A stretch of 64,000 bases of DNA. Source: Candidatus Moraniibacteriota bacterium. GTDB taxonomy: Bacteria > Patescibacteriota > Minisyncoccia > Moranbacterales > UBA1568. Position 1 is the first letter of the stretch. Every line of letters starts with the position of its first letter. The notes below the pieces were generated by a model. That model was given only the letters and a program-made list of their open reading frames with translations. It did not search any database and was not told where the DNA came from. The stretch spans positions 272,697 to 336,696 of the forward strand of contig JBBCGM010000002.1 in assembly GCA_037201605.1 (NCBI GenBank). The letters are read 5' to 3'. Below, one piece after another: positions 11,208-22,694 of the stretch. A program made the translations under genes and the position numbers.

Positions 11208-12626
11208 TTAAAGACGCTGAAAAAGCGGTTCAGTCTTGCCTGTTTGGAGAGCTCCTTTTATTTTCTCGGCCGTCTCTGGGAGAAATGAGGTAAGCACGAA
11301 ACCGATCAAGGCAATATCCGAGAGAAGCTTTAGCATGACCCGCTGGAACTGCTCTTCATCAGGCGCAAGCGTCCAGGGTTTTTCCGTATCAATATACTTA
11401 TTGGCTTCTCCGATACGCTCCCAGATCCACTCAAGACCCTCAGTTATTCGGTAGTCCTCGAGAAATAGCGTAAGCGCTTCTGGCATTTCCTGGCGGTTTC
11501 CGGTATATTTGAGTCCGGCAGTTTTTCAGCAAGCTTCAGCACGCGCGAAACCAGGTTGCCGAGACCGTTCGCCAGATCGGCATTGTACTTTTCTGTCATA
11601 CGCGAGAGTGTCATGTCTATGTCTTCGCCGAAACGGCCGGATGAAAGAAGGAGGTACCGCGTTCCGTCGGCCCCCAAAAAGCTTGAGCATCTCGTCGATC
11701 CCGATCACGTTGCCGAGCGTTTTTGACATCTTCTTGCCGCCGGAAAGGATGTGTCCATGGGTAAAAAGCGTCTGGGTCGTTGCAAAGCCCAAGTGGAGAA
11801 GGAGCACCTGCCAGATAGTCGCATGCACGCGTAAAATGTCTTTGCCGATAAACTGTACCTCGGCCGGCCAAGCCGCGGGAGCCGGAACTTCTCCGCCTTC
11901 CCAGCCGAGGACGGTCAGATAGTTTAAGAACGCATCTACCCAGACATAGGTCGTATGGGCGGGATCAAAGGGCAGAGGAATACCCCAAACTACGTTCTTA
12001 CGCGAAATAGAAACGTCTTCAAGCGTTTCCTTCTTGAGGAATGAAAGTATCTCATTTTTGTACTGATCGGTCCGAACGGTAAGCGCCCCGCTTTCGATCC
12101 GGTTCACCAATTCCTCCTGAAAGACCGTCATTTTGAGGAGATAGGCTTCTTCGCGCAGAAACTCCGGCACAAGATTATGCTCCGGGCATTTACCATCCCA
12201 CCAATTCCTCTTTCTCGTTTTAAACTGCTCGCACCCCACGCAGGTAAAGGCCCTCGTACTCCCCTTTATAGAGAGCGCCTCGATCAAAAAGCGTTTGGAG
12301 GGTTTTTTGGACCGCCTCTTTGTGGGCGGCTTCAGTCGTGCGGATGAAGCGATCGTAACTGATGCCAAGCCTCTGCCAGAGATCCTGGAATTCGGAGCAA
12401 CGGCGTCTACGAGCTCTTGCGGGCTTTTCCCGACTTCACGGGCTTTCTGCTCTATTTTCTTACCATGCTCATCCATGCCGGCAGAAAAGAAGACTGCTTG
12501 CCCCTGGAGGCGCTGGAAACGGGCGACTGTATCCGCCGCTACCGTCGTATAGGCATGGCCGATATGCGGGCTGCCATTCGCATAGTAAATAGGCGTGGTG
12601 ACAAAAAAGGGGTTTTTTTCGGTCAT
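11208..12626 (-). CDS. metG: Methionyl-tRNA synthetase (multiple frameshifts)
   Basis: ORF 11526..12635 has MTEKNPFFVTTPIYYANGSPHIGHAYT (HIGH) and GGKKMSKTLGNVI (KMSKS). The C-terminus lies in ORFs 11444..11677 and 11208..11486. A garbled stretch at about 12270-12400 indicates compensating frameshifts. Confidence 0.9.
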
Positions 12627-13242
12627 AGAGAGCAAATTTGGCTTGAAAAGGCACTTTTCTCCTCAAAGCATGGCATAAAAGCTATCCTCTGTCGAGCAGG
12701 GTGAGACAAAGAATGGGGGTTGACTTTTTCAATACGGAGAGTAGGCTTCGATGGTAGATTGCAAGGGGCAGTCTGCGCACTCATCAGTACCTTGGTTTTT
12801 CAAAGGGGAATCCTAATGTCAAGAACGACTTGTCCCAGCTGCGAGAAGAAGCGGTCCAGCCAGCAGCCGTCACGGATGCATTGGAGGAGCATAGAGACCT
12901 ACCCCTCCCCAGCTACTGCGCCGGAAGCGCCGACTCGTTTGGATACGGAGCAGCAAATGGCGGCTTCCATTCCATCGGAACAGTCGCCGCATTCGCACGA
13001 CTGAAGACGTCCACGCAACAAAGGGGAATAAAGTTTATGCCACGCTTTTTTTGGGGAAAGTGGTGAAGAGAGGGAGGTTCTGGAAGAGCAACCCTCCATG
13101 CCGTCGATATGGAACTTCCATTCGATGAAGAATGCTCTTCGTATCCGCGCATCGACTGTGGAGACGAAGAAGATGAGATTGAGGAGACCTAAGAGACTGG
13201 GGCTTCTCATAAGGGGGAATCGTGGGCAACCGCCCAAACGCG

Positions 13243-13274
13243 GGCCGCTAGAGCAATCTGGCGGCCTTTTTTCT
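13243..13274 (+). terminator. Plus-strand intrinsic terminator closing the 12.7-13.3 kb ORF-poor region
   Basis: GGGCCGC (13243-13249) pairs with GCGGCC (13262-13267) and is followed by TTTTTT (13268-13273). Confidence 0.5.
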
Positions 13275-13277
13275 TTC

Positions 13278-13944
13278 CTAGGAAACCAAGACAACGAACT
13301 CCCCTTTTACCTGCTCAGGATGCTCCAGGAAAAAGTCGAGCACTTCATCCACAGAGCCCTCCTGAAAACTTTCAAATATTTTCGTCAGCTCGCGCCCCAG
13401 GAGCAAATGCTTGTCAGGATTGAGTGACGCAAGCAACTCGAGATTCTTGAGCACACGATGGGGCGATTCGTAGTAAATGATTGGCCGTGTACTTTGCGCC
13501 ACTTCTTGGAAAAAAGTCTGCCTCCCTTCTTGTGCGGCGGAAAACCCAAGAAAACGAATTGACTGAGATCGATACCGGCGACGGATACGAGCGCCGTCAG
13601 AGCCGACGGACCGGGGATGGGTACGATAGGGATATCTTCGGCCCGAGCCGCTGCTACCAACACATTGCCCGGATCTGAGAGGCCGGGCGTGCCCGCATCC
13701 GTCACCAGCGCGAAGGTTCACCAGCCAAAAGACGCCCGATGAGGCGCGCGGTTTTACCGGGTACCGTATGTTCATGAAACGACTGCAGGGGTTTTGATAT
13801 TTCGTAGTGGCGCAGGAGCTTGGATGAGACGCGCGTGTCTTCGCACAAAACGAGATCGACTGATTTTAGGGTTTCCAAAGCACGAAGGGTTATGTCTCCC
13901 AAATTACCGATAGGCGTAGCAATGAGAAAAAGGGTGCCCGGCAT
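13278..13944 (-). CDS. rsmI: 16S rRNA (cytidine1402-2'-O)-methyltransferase RsmI-like (frameshifted)
   Basis: [38 protein letters not shown] (ORF 13702..13986), [11 protein letters not shown] (ORF 13385..13705) and [20 protein letters not shown] (ORF 13278..13775). Confidence 0.85.
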
Positions 13945-13982
13945 AGGGTTAGACGTTTTCCGAAGATTTCTTCTCGAGGAGA

Positions 13983-14962
13983 TCATCTACGTAGAGCGAG
14001 ACCAATCATGGCGATTGGGACGGCGAGAATAATACCGATGGGGCCGGCGAGCTCAAACCCGATGAGTACTGCCAGAATGAATCCTAGCGGTTGAGTTCGG
14101 ACGCGAAGGACATGCGCTTCGAATTGGTGCGCAATGGTATAGAAAGCGAGTGTCAGAACAGCGAGAAGGGGCGAGACGAAAAGCGCCGCCAGGATCGCGG
14201 GAATGGCAGCCAAGATAGGACCGATATAGGGCAGAATTTCCATCAGTCCCCCGAAAAGGGCAAGTGCCAAAGCATACGGCACCCCCAGTATGGAGAGTCC
14301 GATGTAGTAAATGACGAAGGCGATGAGCATAAGGACCAATTGGCCGAACAGCCACTGGCTGACGCGGCTCTGCATGCGGCCGACGAATGAGATCGCCTGG
14401 GCATGGTAGGCCTTGGGAGTCAGGATGAGGAGAGTTTTTCCAGACCCTTTTCTTCGAGTGACAGGTAGAGAGAGAGGAAGAAATAGCCGATAAAATGAAT
14501 GAGTCCGCGCGCGATATCCACGGTCGTCGAGAAGAGACTGCCAAACCAGTGCCCGAATGTGCCGTCGGCACCGACCAAGAACTGTTCGCGGCTGAAGGGA
14601 ATGCCGAATTCTTCGAGGTAGACCTGGAAAGCAGCGAGTGTCGTGTCCAACTGGTTGAGATAAGCCGGCCAAGCCGCCAAAAAGTCCTTAACTTCGGAAA
14701 AGAGCAGCGGTATAAAGAGTGCCAGAAGTCCGACGCCTCCCAAGAAAATAACCGCGTAGACGATGATAACGGCGGCACTCCGTGACAAGCCGTAGCGAGA
14801 GAGTTTGATAATGGCCGGCCGGAGCGCCATAGAGGTCAGCATGGCAGCCAGCACTAGGAAGACAATGTCACGCAGCAAATAGACGAGCCAGGCCGCTACC
14901 AGCACGAACGCGATGCGCAGGATAAGGGTCGTACCGATTTGAACAGCTTCTTTGGTTTGCAT
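13983..14962 (-). CDS. AI-2E family (PerM/UPF0118) transporter (frameshift near 14430)
   Basis: ORF 14420..14962 plus ORF 13983..14672. The product is a multi-TM protein with ..GGLMEILPYIGPILAAIPAIL.. It is a paralog of the ORF at 40347..41417. Confidence 0.8.
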
Positions 14963-14965
14963 GCT

Positions 14966-16236
14966 TTAGAGGTGAAGGAGGCGAGACAGCTCGCTCTTTT
15001 TGGCAGACGGGCTGATAATGGCCAGGTTCAGTTTCTTGTCTTGGAAGATATCTTTGGCCACTCGGAGTACATCCTCGACGGTCACGCGATCGATAGCCTT
15101 CATCTTATCTGCCGGCAGCACGATGCGGTTTTCGAGAATCTCTTGGCCTACCAGGTACTCGACTACTTCGTCAGAGCCTTCGAGCCCGAGTGCCATACCG
15201 CCTTTGATATTCTCCTTGGCGCGCTTCAATTCCTCGGCACTGACCGGCTCGGTGCTGATTTTTCGGTATTCAGAAAGGATGACGCGCAACGTCTCCTTCA
15301 GGTTCTCATGCTCGATCCCGCAGTGAGTGGCAAGCGTTCCGGCATCCAAAAACGTGTCGATGCCGGTCCGGACACGGTATGCCAAGCCCCGCCGCTCGCG
15401 CACTTCGATAAAAAGGCGCGAAGACATGCCGCCGCCCAAGATAGTCGAGAGAAACAGCAAGCACTGGCCGATCTTTGTGGAACAAATCGTACGCCCGTAC
15501 GCCCACGACCAGGTTCGTCTGATCCACTTTTTTCTTCTGAAGAAAAATGGCCGGCTTGGCTTGGCTTTCTCGAACCTTCAGAAACTTCGGCTTCTTGCCA
15601 GGGCGAGTCGCAGCAAAGATCTTATCCACCGCCTTCCGTACCGCCTTTGGATCAATATTACCTGCTACGCCTACCACGATATTCTCAGCCGTATAGGCGC
15701 GATTCAAAAACTTGATAAAGTCGCGGCGCTGGAAAGCTTTGATATTCGTTTTCGGACCGGCTATGTCCCATCCCAATGGCGTATCACCATAAAGAAGTGT
15801 CTTGTAGTATTCCTGGACACGGCGCATCGGCATGTCCTCGTACATATTGATTTCCTGGAGTACCGCCCCCCGCTCGCGATCGATTTCCTGCGGCTCGATC
15901 TTGGCATTGAGAAAGAGATCGGACACGATGTCGAGCGCGTCGGGCCAATGCTTAGCCGCTACTTTGGCATAATAGCCGGTGTATTCCTCGCCGGTAAAGG
16001 CATTGTATTCGGCACCGAGGCCATCGAGCTCTTTTAGAAATGTCGAGTGCGGTGGGCCGCTTGTCCGTGCCCTTGAAGAACATGTGCTCGAGGAAATGGG
16101 CCAAGCCGTTCTCTTTGCGCGTTTCATAGCGCGAACCGACCCCGGTCATGATAAGGACGGTCGCCGTCTGGGTATCGGCCATGGGAGCGAGGATTACCCG
16201 CACGCCGTTCTTGAGAGTCAATTTCTGGTATTTCAT
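14966..16236 (-). CDS. M16-family (insulinase-like) zinc peptidase (2 frameshifts)
   Basis: ORF 15952..16236 has GLAHFLEHMFFKGT (the HxxEH zinc motif). The continuation lies in ORFs 15306..16127 and 14966..15460. Confidence 0.85.
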
Positions 16237-16421
16237 AATTTTCTAAAAGCTTGAAAATATCTGGAGTTTCCCTATAATAGCGCTCAACGGGGTGACACAT
16301 CAAGCGAACCGGACTTTTCCTCCGCGGCGCGCTTGCCACTGGTCCGGCAGCATACTTAGGAAAAAAGTCCTCTTTCCTAGGAAATCCCGGCATCCGTTGT
16401 TCAGCGCATCTGTTGCGCTTG

Positions 16422-16464
16422 AGGCAAAATGAGGGCGCTTTGGGAATTTCCCGAGGCGCCCTCA
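16422..16464 (-). terminator. Intrinsic terminator after the CHC2 zinc-finger gene
   Basis: TGAGGGCGC..GCGCCCTCA (16430-16464) is followed on the minus strand by ATTTTG. The stop codon lies inside the stem. Confidence 0.5.
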
Positions 16465-17029
16465 AATCTTTTTCGAACGTTTTTCCAGACGCCGATGCTG
16501 CGACGGCCAGTAGCGATAGCGGTTAGCCAGCCAGCGGATGGCATCAAGATAGTTAAATGCTTGCTCGCTTTTTAATTTCTGAAGTTCCCTCTCCACCTGG
16601 TGTTCGAGTTGTTCGAGTTTCTTTCGGTATATTTCCCAAAGAAGTTGATATTCCGATCTTTCGTACGCATCAAGACTCTGGTTACCGGTATAGGTGGAGT
16701 GCCAAAGTTCGAATTCCTCGTTGATCTTCCTCCTCTCATCCCTTTCAAAATCACTTACTCGATGGTGGCTTCGGAAATAGAAGAGGAGAAAATGCACTAC
16801 ATCACCAAATGCTCCGCAGCCGTAGCAGTGGAAAAGTCCTCCTTCTTCGGAAACGGTAAATGAAGGTGGACTGTTCACGGTGGAACGGGCAAAGACCGTA
16901 GGAATAGCGTTCATTAACGCGTCGCAACCAGACGAACTGACCGATCACTTCTTCGATACGCGCCCGAGCAAGGAGCGCGCGTATGTAGCGGAAAGAATAC
17001 TTTCCACCCTGCTTATGCAGATGAGACAC
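16462..17029 (-). CDS. Stand-alone DnaG-type CHC2 zinc-finger protein (one frameshift near 16870)
   Basis: ORF 16802..17029 (..IEEVIGQFVWLRRVNERYSYGLCPFHRE) joins ORF 16462..16914 (PSFTVSEEGGLFHCYGCGAFGDVVHFL) to give a CPFH..CYGC zinc finger. No TOPRIM or primase catalytic region follows. Confidence 0.7.
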
Positions 17030-17106
17030 GAGCCTTCTCCTTTCATAAAATAAAAGAACGACCCCCTGAGTATAGGCCGGTTTTTTCTTACGGTCAAGAA
17101 AGCGTC

Positions 17107-18438
17107 TTAGAGCTTCCCTGCGAGGAATTGCTGCAATTCTGCGATATTCACGCGCTCCTGCTGCATCGTGTCGCGATCACGTACAGTGACGGCGCCATCT
17201 TGAGCGTATCGAAGTCTATAGTCACGCAATACGGCGTGCCGATCTCATCCTGACGGCGGTAGCGCTTACCCACGTTGCCATTGTCATCGAATTCGGCGCG
17301 GAAGTCCCGTTTGAGGGAAGTATAGATTTCACGGGCCTTCTCAACGAGTTCCGGTTTGTTCTTGAGAAGCGGAAAGACCGCCACCTGCACCGGAGCAATC
17401 ACGGGCTTGAGATGCAATACGGTTCGCACCTCTCCCTCGCCAGTCTCTTCTTCCGCGTAAGCAGAAAGGAGAACAGCGAGCAAAGCTCGGTCAGCGCCGA
17501 AGGCCGGCTCAATCACATGGGGTCGCACCTTCTCATTCGTCTCGGGGTCAAGGGAGCGCAGTTCCTGTCCGCTCATCTTCTCATGCTGTTCCAAATCATA
17601 ATCTCCGCGATAGGCCAGACCGAAAAGTTCTTTCTGTCCGAAGGGATAGTCGAATTCAAAGTCGATCGTTCTCTTGGAATAATGCGCGCGTTCTCCGTCT
17701 GGAATATCCACTGCATGCGTTCTAGTCGGATCAATACCTACAGCTTCCATCCACTTTTCCATTTCCCCCTTCCAGCTTTCGAAAATTTCTTTCCAATCTG
17801 ATTTTCCCCGGGTCAAAGAAATATTCGAACTCCATGAGATCGAACTCGCGCGTCCGGAAGATAAAGTTGCCGGGCGTAATTTCATTGCGAAAAGCTTTGC
17901 CGCTCTGCGCGATCCCGAAAGGAAGCTTCTTGCGGCTCATTTGCTGAATAGCGGGGAAATCAATGAACATCGCCTGCGCCGTTTCTCCCCGAAGATAGGC
18001 TGTTGTCTTTTTCTCCTTCAACGGCACCGAGAAAGGTTTGCATGAGAATATTGAACTGTTTCGGCTCAGTGAATTGGCCCTTCGTGCCACAGTGAGGACA
18101 AGCGGCTAAAAGATCGATTTGATCGGCCCGGAAGCGCTCATGGCAGTTCTTACACTCAACGAGTGGGTCGGAAAAATTTGCGATGTGACCGCTTGCTTCC
18201 CAGACTTTCGGATTCATGATGATTGCAGCATCGAGTCCTACCATGTCATCGCGGCTTTCCACAAAGAACTTCCACCAGTGGTCCTTGAGGTTCTTTTAAG
18301 CTGAGCGCCGTACGGACCAAAATCCCAAGAATTGGCGAGTCCGCCGTAAATATCACTTCCAGGAAAGACAAAGCCTCGCCGCTTGCAGAGCGCGACCAGC
18401 TTTTCCATGGTGACAGCAGTAGTTTGAGGTGAAGTCAT
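17107..18438 (-). CDS. glyQS: Glycyl-tRNA synthetase, class II homodimeric type (multiple frameshifts)
   Basis: Fragments 18238..18438 ([34 protein letters not shown]), 17960..18262, 17731..18090 ([17 protein letters not shown]) and 17148..17885 ([29 protein letters not shown]). The tail [17 protein letters not shown] ends at 17107. Confidence 0.9.
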
Positions 18439-18540
18439 AGAGAATTGACAAATACGTTTAAGTTCAGTATACCGTAATGAAGTTCTTTTTGCCTACGTTT
18501 AAGGATTTCCGTTTCACCGAGGTTCAGAGGAGTGTAGCAC

Positions 18541-18867
18541 ATGAAAAGTACTAAAGTGAAGACTGGAGACAAACCTCTGGTTATCGATGACAAAACCTTT
18601 TCTCGGCAGATCTCGGAAGAGCTCCGCACCTTTTTCTCAAAGCACTTCCAAATCCAACAGGCTCTACGGGAAAAGAAATTCCGAAAGCTCGCATTGCTTC
18701 TGGAACGGGAGATTGAAAACTTGCAGGAGAAACAAGGAAACCTTAAGAATTGGCAGCATCCTCATATAGCTAGTACTGAAAAGACGGTGGCTGTGGAAAG
18801 ACTGCAAAATGTAGCTGATGCCATTCTCGCAGCCCAAGCTGTATTGCGAAAGATTCGAGCGCGTTGA
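18541..18867 (+). CDS. Hypothetical 108-aa protein, charged and probably coiled-coil
   Basis: Intact ORF after an AT-rich divergent promoter region, followed by a terminator. No recognisable motif. Confidence 0.55.
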   Translation: MKSTKVKTGDKPLVIDDKTFSRQISEELRTFFSKHFQIQQALREKKFRKLALLLEREIENLQEKQGNLKNWQHPHIASTEKTVAVERLQNVADAILAAQAVLRKIRAR

Positions 18868-18890
18868 CCGGAACACCGGCAACGCGTTTT

Positions 18891-18892
<2 letters not shown>
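18861..18892. terminator. Bidirectional hairpin between convergent genes
   Basis: GCGTTGACCGGAACACCGGCAACGC (18861-18885) has TTTTTT on the plus side. It lies between the ORF at 18541 and tgt. Confidence 0.6.
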
Positions 18893-20016
<1,124 letters not shown>

Positions 20017-20022
20017 AGGGAC

Positions 20023-21927
20023 TCAAGGGTTGCGGACCGTTCCGTCTTTAGCGGACTCAAAACTGGTGTTGATGGCGTTATCGATCTGATCACGCGCTAC
20101 CGTAATGGCGCGTCCCGTGAAGCGCTCTTTGCCGGTAAAGGTTGCTTTGGAAACGAGCACGACGGAACGGCCTGCCTGGCTCGCGTTCGGAGTAATGCTG
20201 ACCTGAAACAAAAATTGCTTCGGCTTGCCCGGCGAAAGAGTACCGGCATCCCAAGAAAGCTCATGCGTACGCTCATTCCAATTGAGCGCCACATCTTCGG
20301 GTACCGGCCGACCGACATACGCGACACTACTCGGAAGAAGCATCGTCACGCGGCTTTCCGTAAGATCGTTGGAGGAATTTTCAAGGCGCACGGCAAGAGT
20401 ATAGATCGTCTCCTGTCCTACGACCGGCGGTACCGGTCCGCTGCCGCGCAAGCGCTCGTCATCATAGCTCGTTAGTACCGTAAGGCCGACCAGCGCTCCC
20501 AACTTCACCTGCATGACATTAGAGGCGATAACCTTGTTCTGGCCGAGCGGGGTCTGAATGTCTGGACTATCGATCGTGGCTACCGAACGGATAGCGATCG
20601 TCTTTTGATCGTTTTGCCCGAGCGTAAAGCTCGCAAGGACTGGGATAGTGAACGTAATTTCACCCGTTTCACCCGGAGTAAGCTCGGCAAGCTCCGGAAT
20701 ATCAGCGGCCCGCCAGAAGATTTTTTTCTGAGAAGCGTCGTAGGCGCCGCTTGAAAGTTTGAGGCGGCTTACATCCAGAAAGGCCGTATCAATACTCTGA
20801 GTAATTACTACCTGACGCAACCCTATTTGGCCCTGATTTTTATACGAGAGACGGTAAAGCAAATTATCGCCCGGGAGTACCGTAAGCGAGGTTTGGTCAT
20901 TGACCGTCTGATTGATAGCGAGTGGCGACATGATAATACGCGTCCCCTGCTCAGCCCGAGCGTATTCTTCCAGAGTACCGTTTTGGATTACTCCCACGAG
21001 CGCCACAATGCCCTTGTTCTCGTTGGGATTGCCGTTCAGCGCCCCGTGGACTACGATCTTGCCCGTTTGATTGGGCGCTAAATCGCCCAGCAGCCAATCA
21101 TCCTGTCCATTCTCGGGAGCGGGGTTCGCGGAAAGAAACGTGAATTCGCCTGGGTAAAGGATTTTCAAATGTACGCCGGAAAGGAGCTTCGGACTCGTAT
21201 TGTGATAGGTGACGACGTAATCAAGCTCTTGTCCCGAGCCGAGTTCGCGCGGCGCTTCAATTTCTATGGTAAGCGGCGAAGTAGCGATCGTCACCGAAAA
21301 TTCCGCAGCGGTCTCGAAAGCGCTCGAAGAACCGGTAGGAATATACCGAAGCGTTGCCCGTAGAATCCCCGAGTCTCCCCTTGGGACCGAAGAAGGTCCC
21401 AGATATACTCTGCGTTCCTCCTTGGCCCGCCAGCACTTCGCCCAAGGCCTTCTCTCCACGAGAGCCTTCCATGATAAATCCTTCTTCCGCATCCGGCAGA
21501 AAGTTATCAGGAAAGGTCACTAACAATTTAGCATCCTTGAGTGCGGCACGGTTGCCGTTTGTATAGGTAAGGGCGTAGGTCACCTTTTCGGCGCTCGCCG
21601 CTTCGCGCGGACCGTTAATCGCAAGATCTACCTGGTCATTACTCAGAAAGTATTTCACCCCGAAGAAAGTGCCTGCTCCCACCAAGAGCAGTACCAGAAG
21701 TCCGCCTCCGACCCAAAAAAGAAGCTTTTTGCGGCGCGCCCGCTCGGGACTGATCAGATAGATATCGTTCTTCTCTTCGAACTTCGGCTGCCAGCTCTCT
21801 GTCTTTTGGAACGCCTCTCTTTGGGCCGCTGTTTCGGCTTCCGAACGGAGCGCCGGTTCGGTCAGGCGCGTCGGTCAATATGGGCATTGCGGCTGTGGAG
21901 TTCGTCGTTGAGTGATTCCAAGCTCAT
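20023..21927 (-). CDS. Large membrane-anchored, probably surface-exposed hypothetical protein with repeated beta-rich segments (frameshifted near the N-terminus)
   Basis: ATG at 21927 (MSLESLNDELH..), a TM segment (LLFWVGGGLLVLLLVGAGTFFGV) in another frame, then ORFs 21257..21685 and 20023..21492. Any repeat or domain assignment is tentative. Confidence 0.65.
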
Positions 21928-21968
21928 AGTTCTTTGTTTTCCCCTATTCTAACACAAGGTGCGGCTCC

Positions 21969-22691
21969 TTAACGGGCGATCCAGCGATAAAAACGGCGTG
22001 TTACCTGTTCCAATTCCCGCAGTGTCACGTTCTCCGCCTTGATCTTGAGACATGCCTTCAGGCGATTCGCTTTAATAAGGCGCAGCAGTTTAATCGTGTT
22101 TTCGCTTACCGGCAAGGCCTCGCCGGTAGCGTGTGGGCTGCCGAACGGGAGAATACCTCCTGCGCCCGGACAAAAAAGGTAACGCTCCCCACTCTTCAAG
22201 CGCGCGCCGGACGCCGCATCCTTGGCGCTCTCTAAACCGTAGCCTAAGGATTCCAAACAGCTTTAAAAGGAAGGCTTGGTAACAAGGCGCACGCTATGCT
22301 CGTTTTTGAGGGCCGAAAGCATATCGGCAAGCTGCAAGTATTCGACCGTGAGGAAAAAGGTTTCCTCGTCCGGTTCATCGAGGTCGACGAGACGTTCCAG
22401 AAATGCCAGCGCTTCTAGTGCGCGGCGCAGTCCGTCAAAATCGCTCCGCAAAGAGAGAAAGCCTTCTTCGAGAACGGCACCCGCGATTTTGGGCAGACCC
22501 CTTACTCCGACCACCGTTACCTGAGAAAGAACCGGGGTCTCGAGCTGGCTTGCCAGGCGTGCCTCAGGCTTGCGTACGCCTTTCGCAACCGCGCGCACCT
22601 TCCCCTGTTCCTTCGTATAGAGCGTATAGATGCGGTCCGTCTCGCCCGTTTCGATCTTTCCCAAAACAATAGCGGTGTAACGGCGTTCCAT
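21969..22691 (-). CDS. recO: DNA repair protein RecO (one frameshift near 22260)
   Basis: ORF 22263..22691 (MERRYTAIVLGKIETGETDRIYTLYTKEQGKVRAVAKGVRK, an OB-fold N-terminus) plus ORF 21969..22256. Confidence 0.8.
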
Positions 22692-22694
22692 TAC

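Noticed and set aside
12716-12760. GGGGTTG followed by GGCTTCGATGG, which resembles a tmRNA 5' end and would pair perfectly with the ssrA 3' acceptor strand CAACTCC at 31817-31823
   Set aside because: It lies 19 kb from ssrA. The spacing between the acceptor-like 7-mer and the GGCUUCGA box is about 25 nt rather than 4-5 nt. No T-arm or CCA follows. A 7-mer match is expected several times by chance in 128 kb of two-strand sequence.
12781-12788. CTGATGAG on the minus strand (the hammerhead ribozyme core motif)
   Set aside because: I could not build a convincing stem II hairpin, GAAA box or cleavage-site helix around it. An isolated 8-mer is expected by chance.
12636-13277. RNase P RNA, SRP RNA or 6S RNA as the identity of the ORF-poor region
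   Set aside because: I could not find the universally conserved RNase P GAGGAAAGUCC (CR-I) or ACAGAAxxCGGCUUA (CR-V), and only vague resemblance exists at 13168-13215. No SRP GGAA/AGCA domain IV signature is present. The region is left as unknown.
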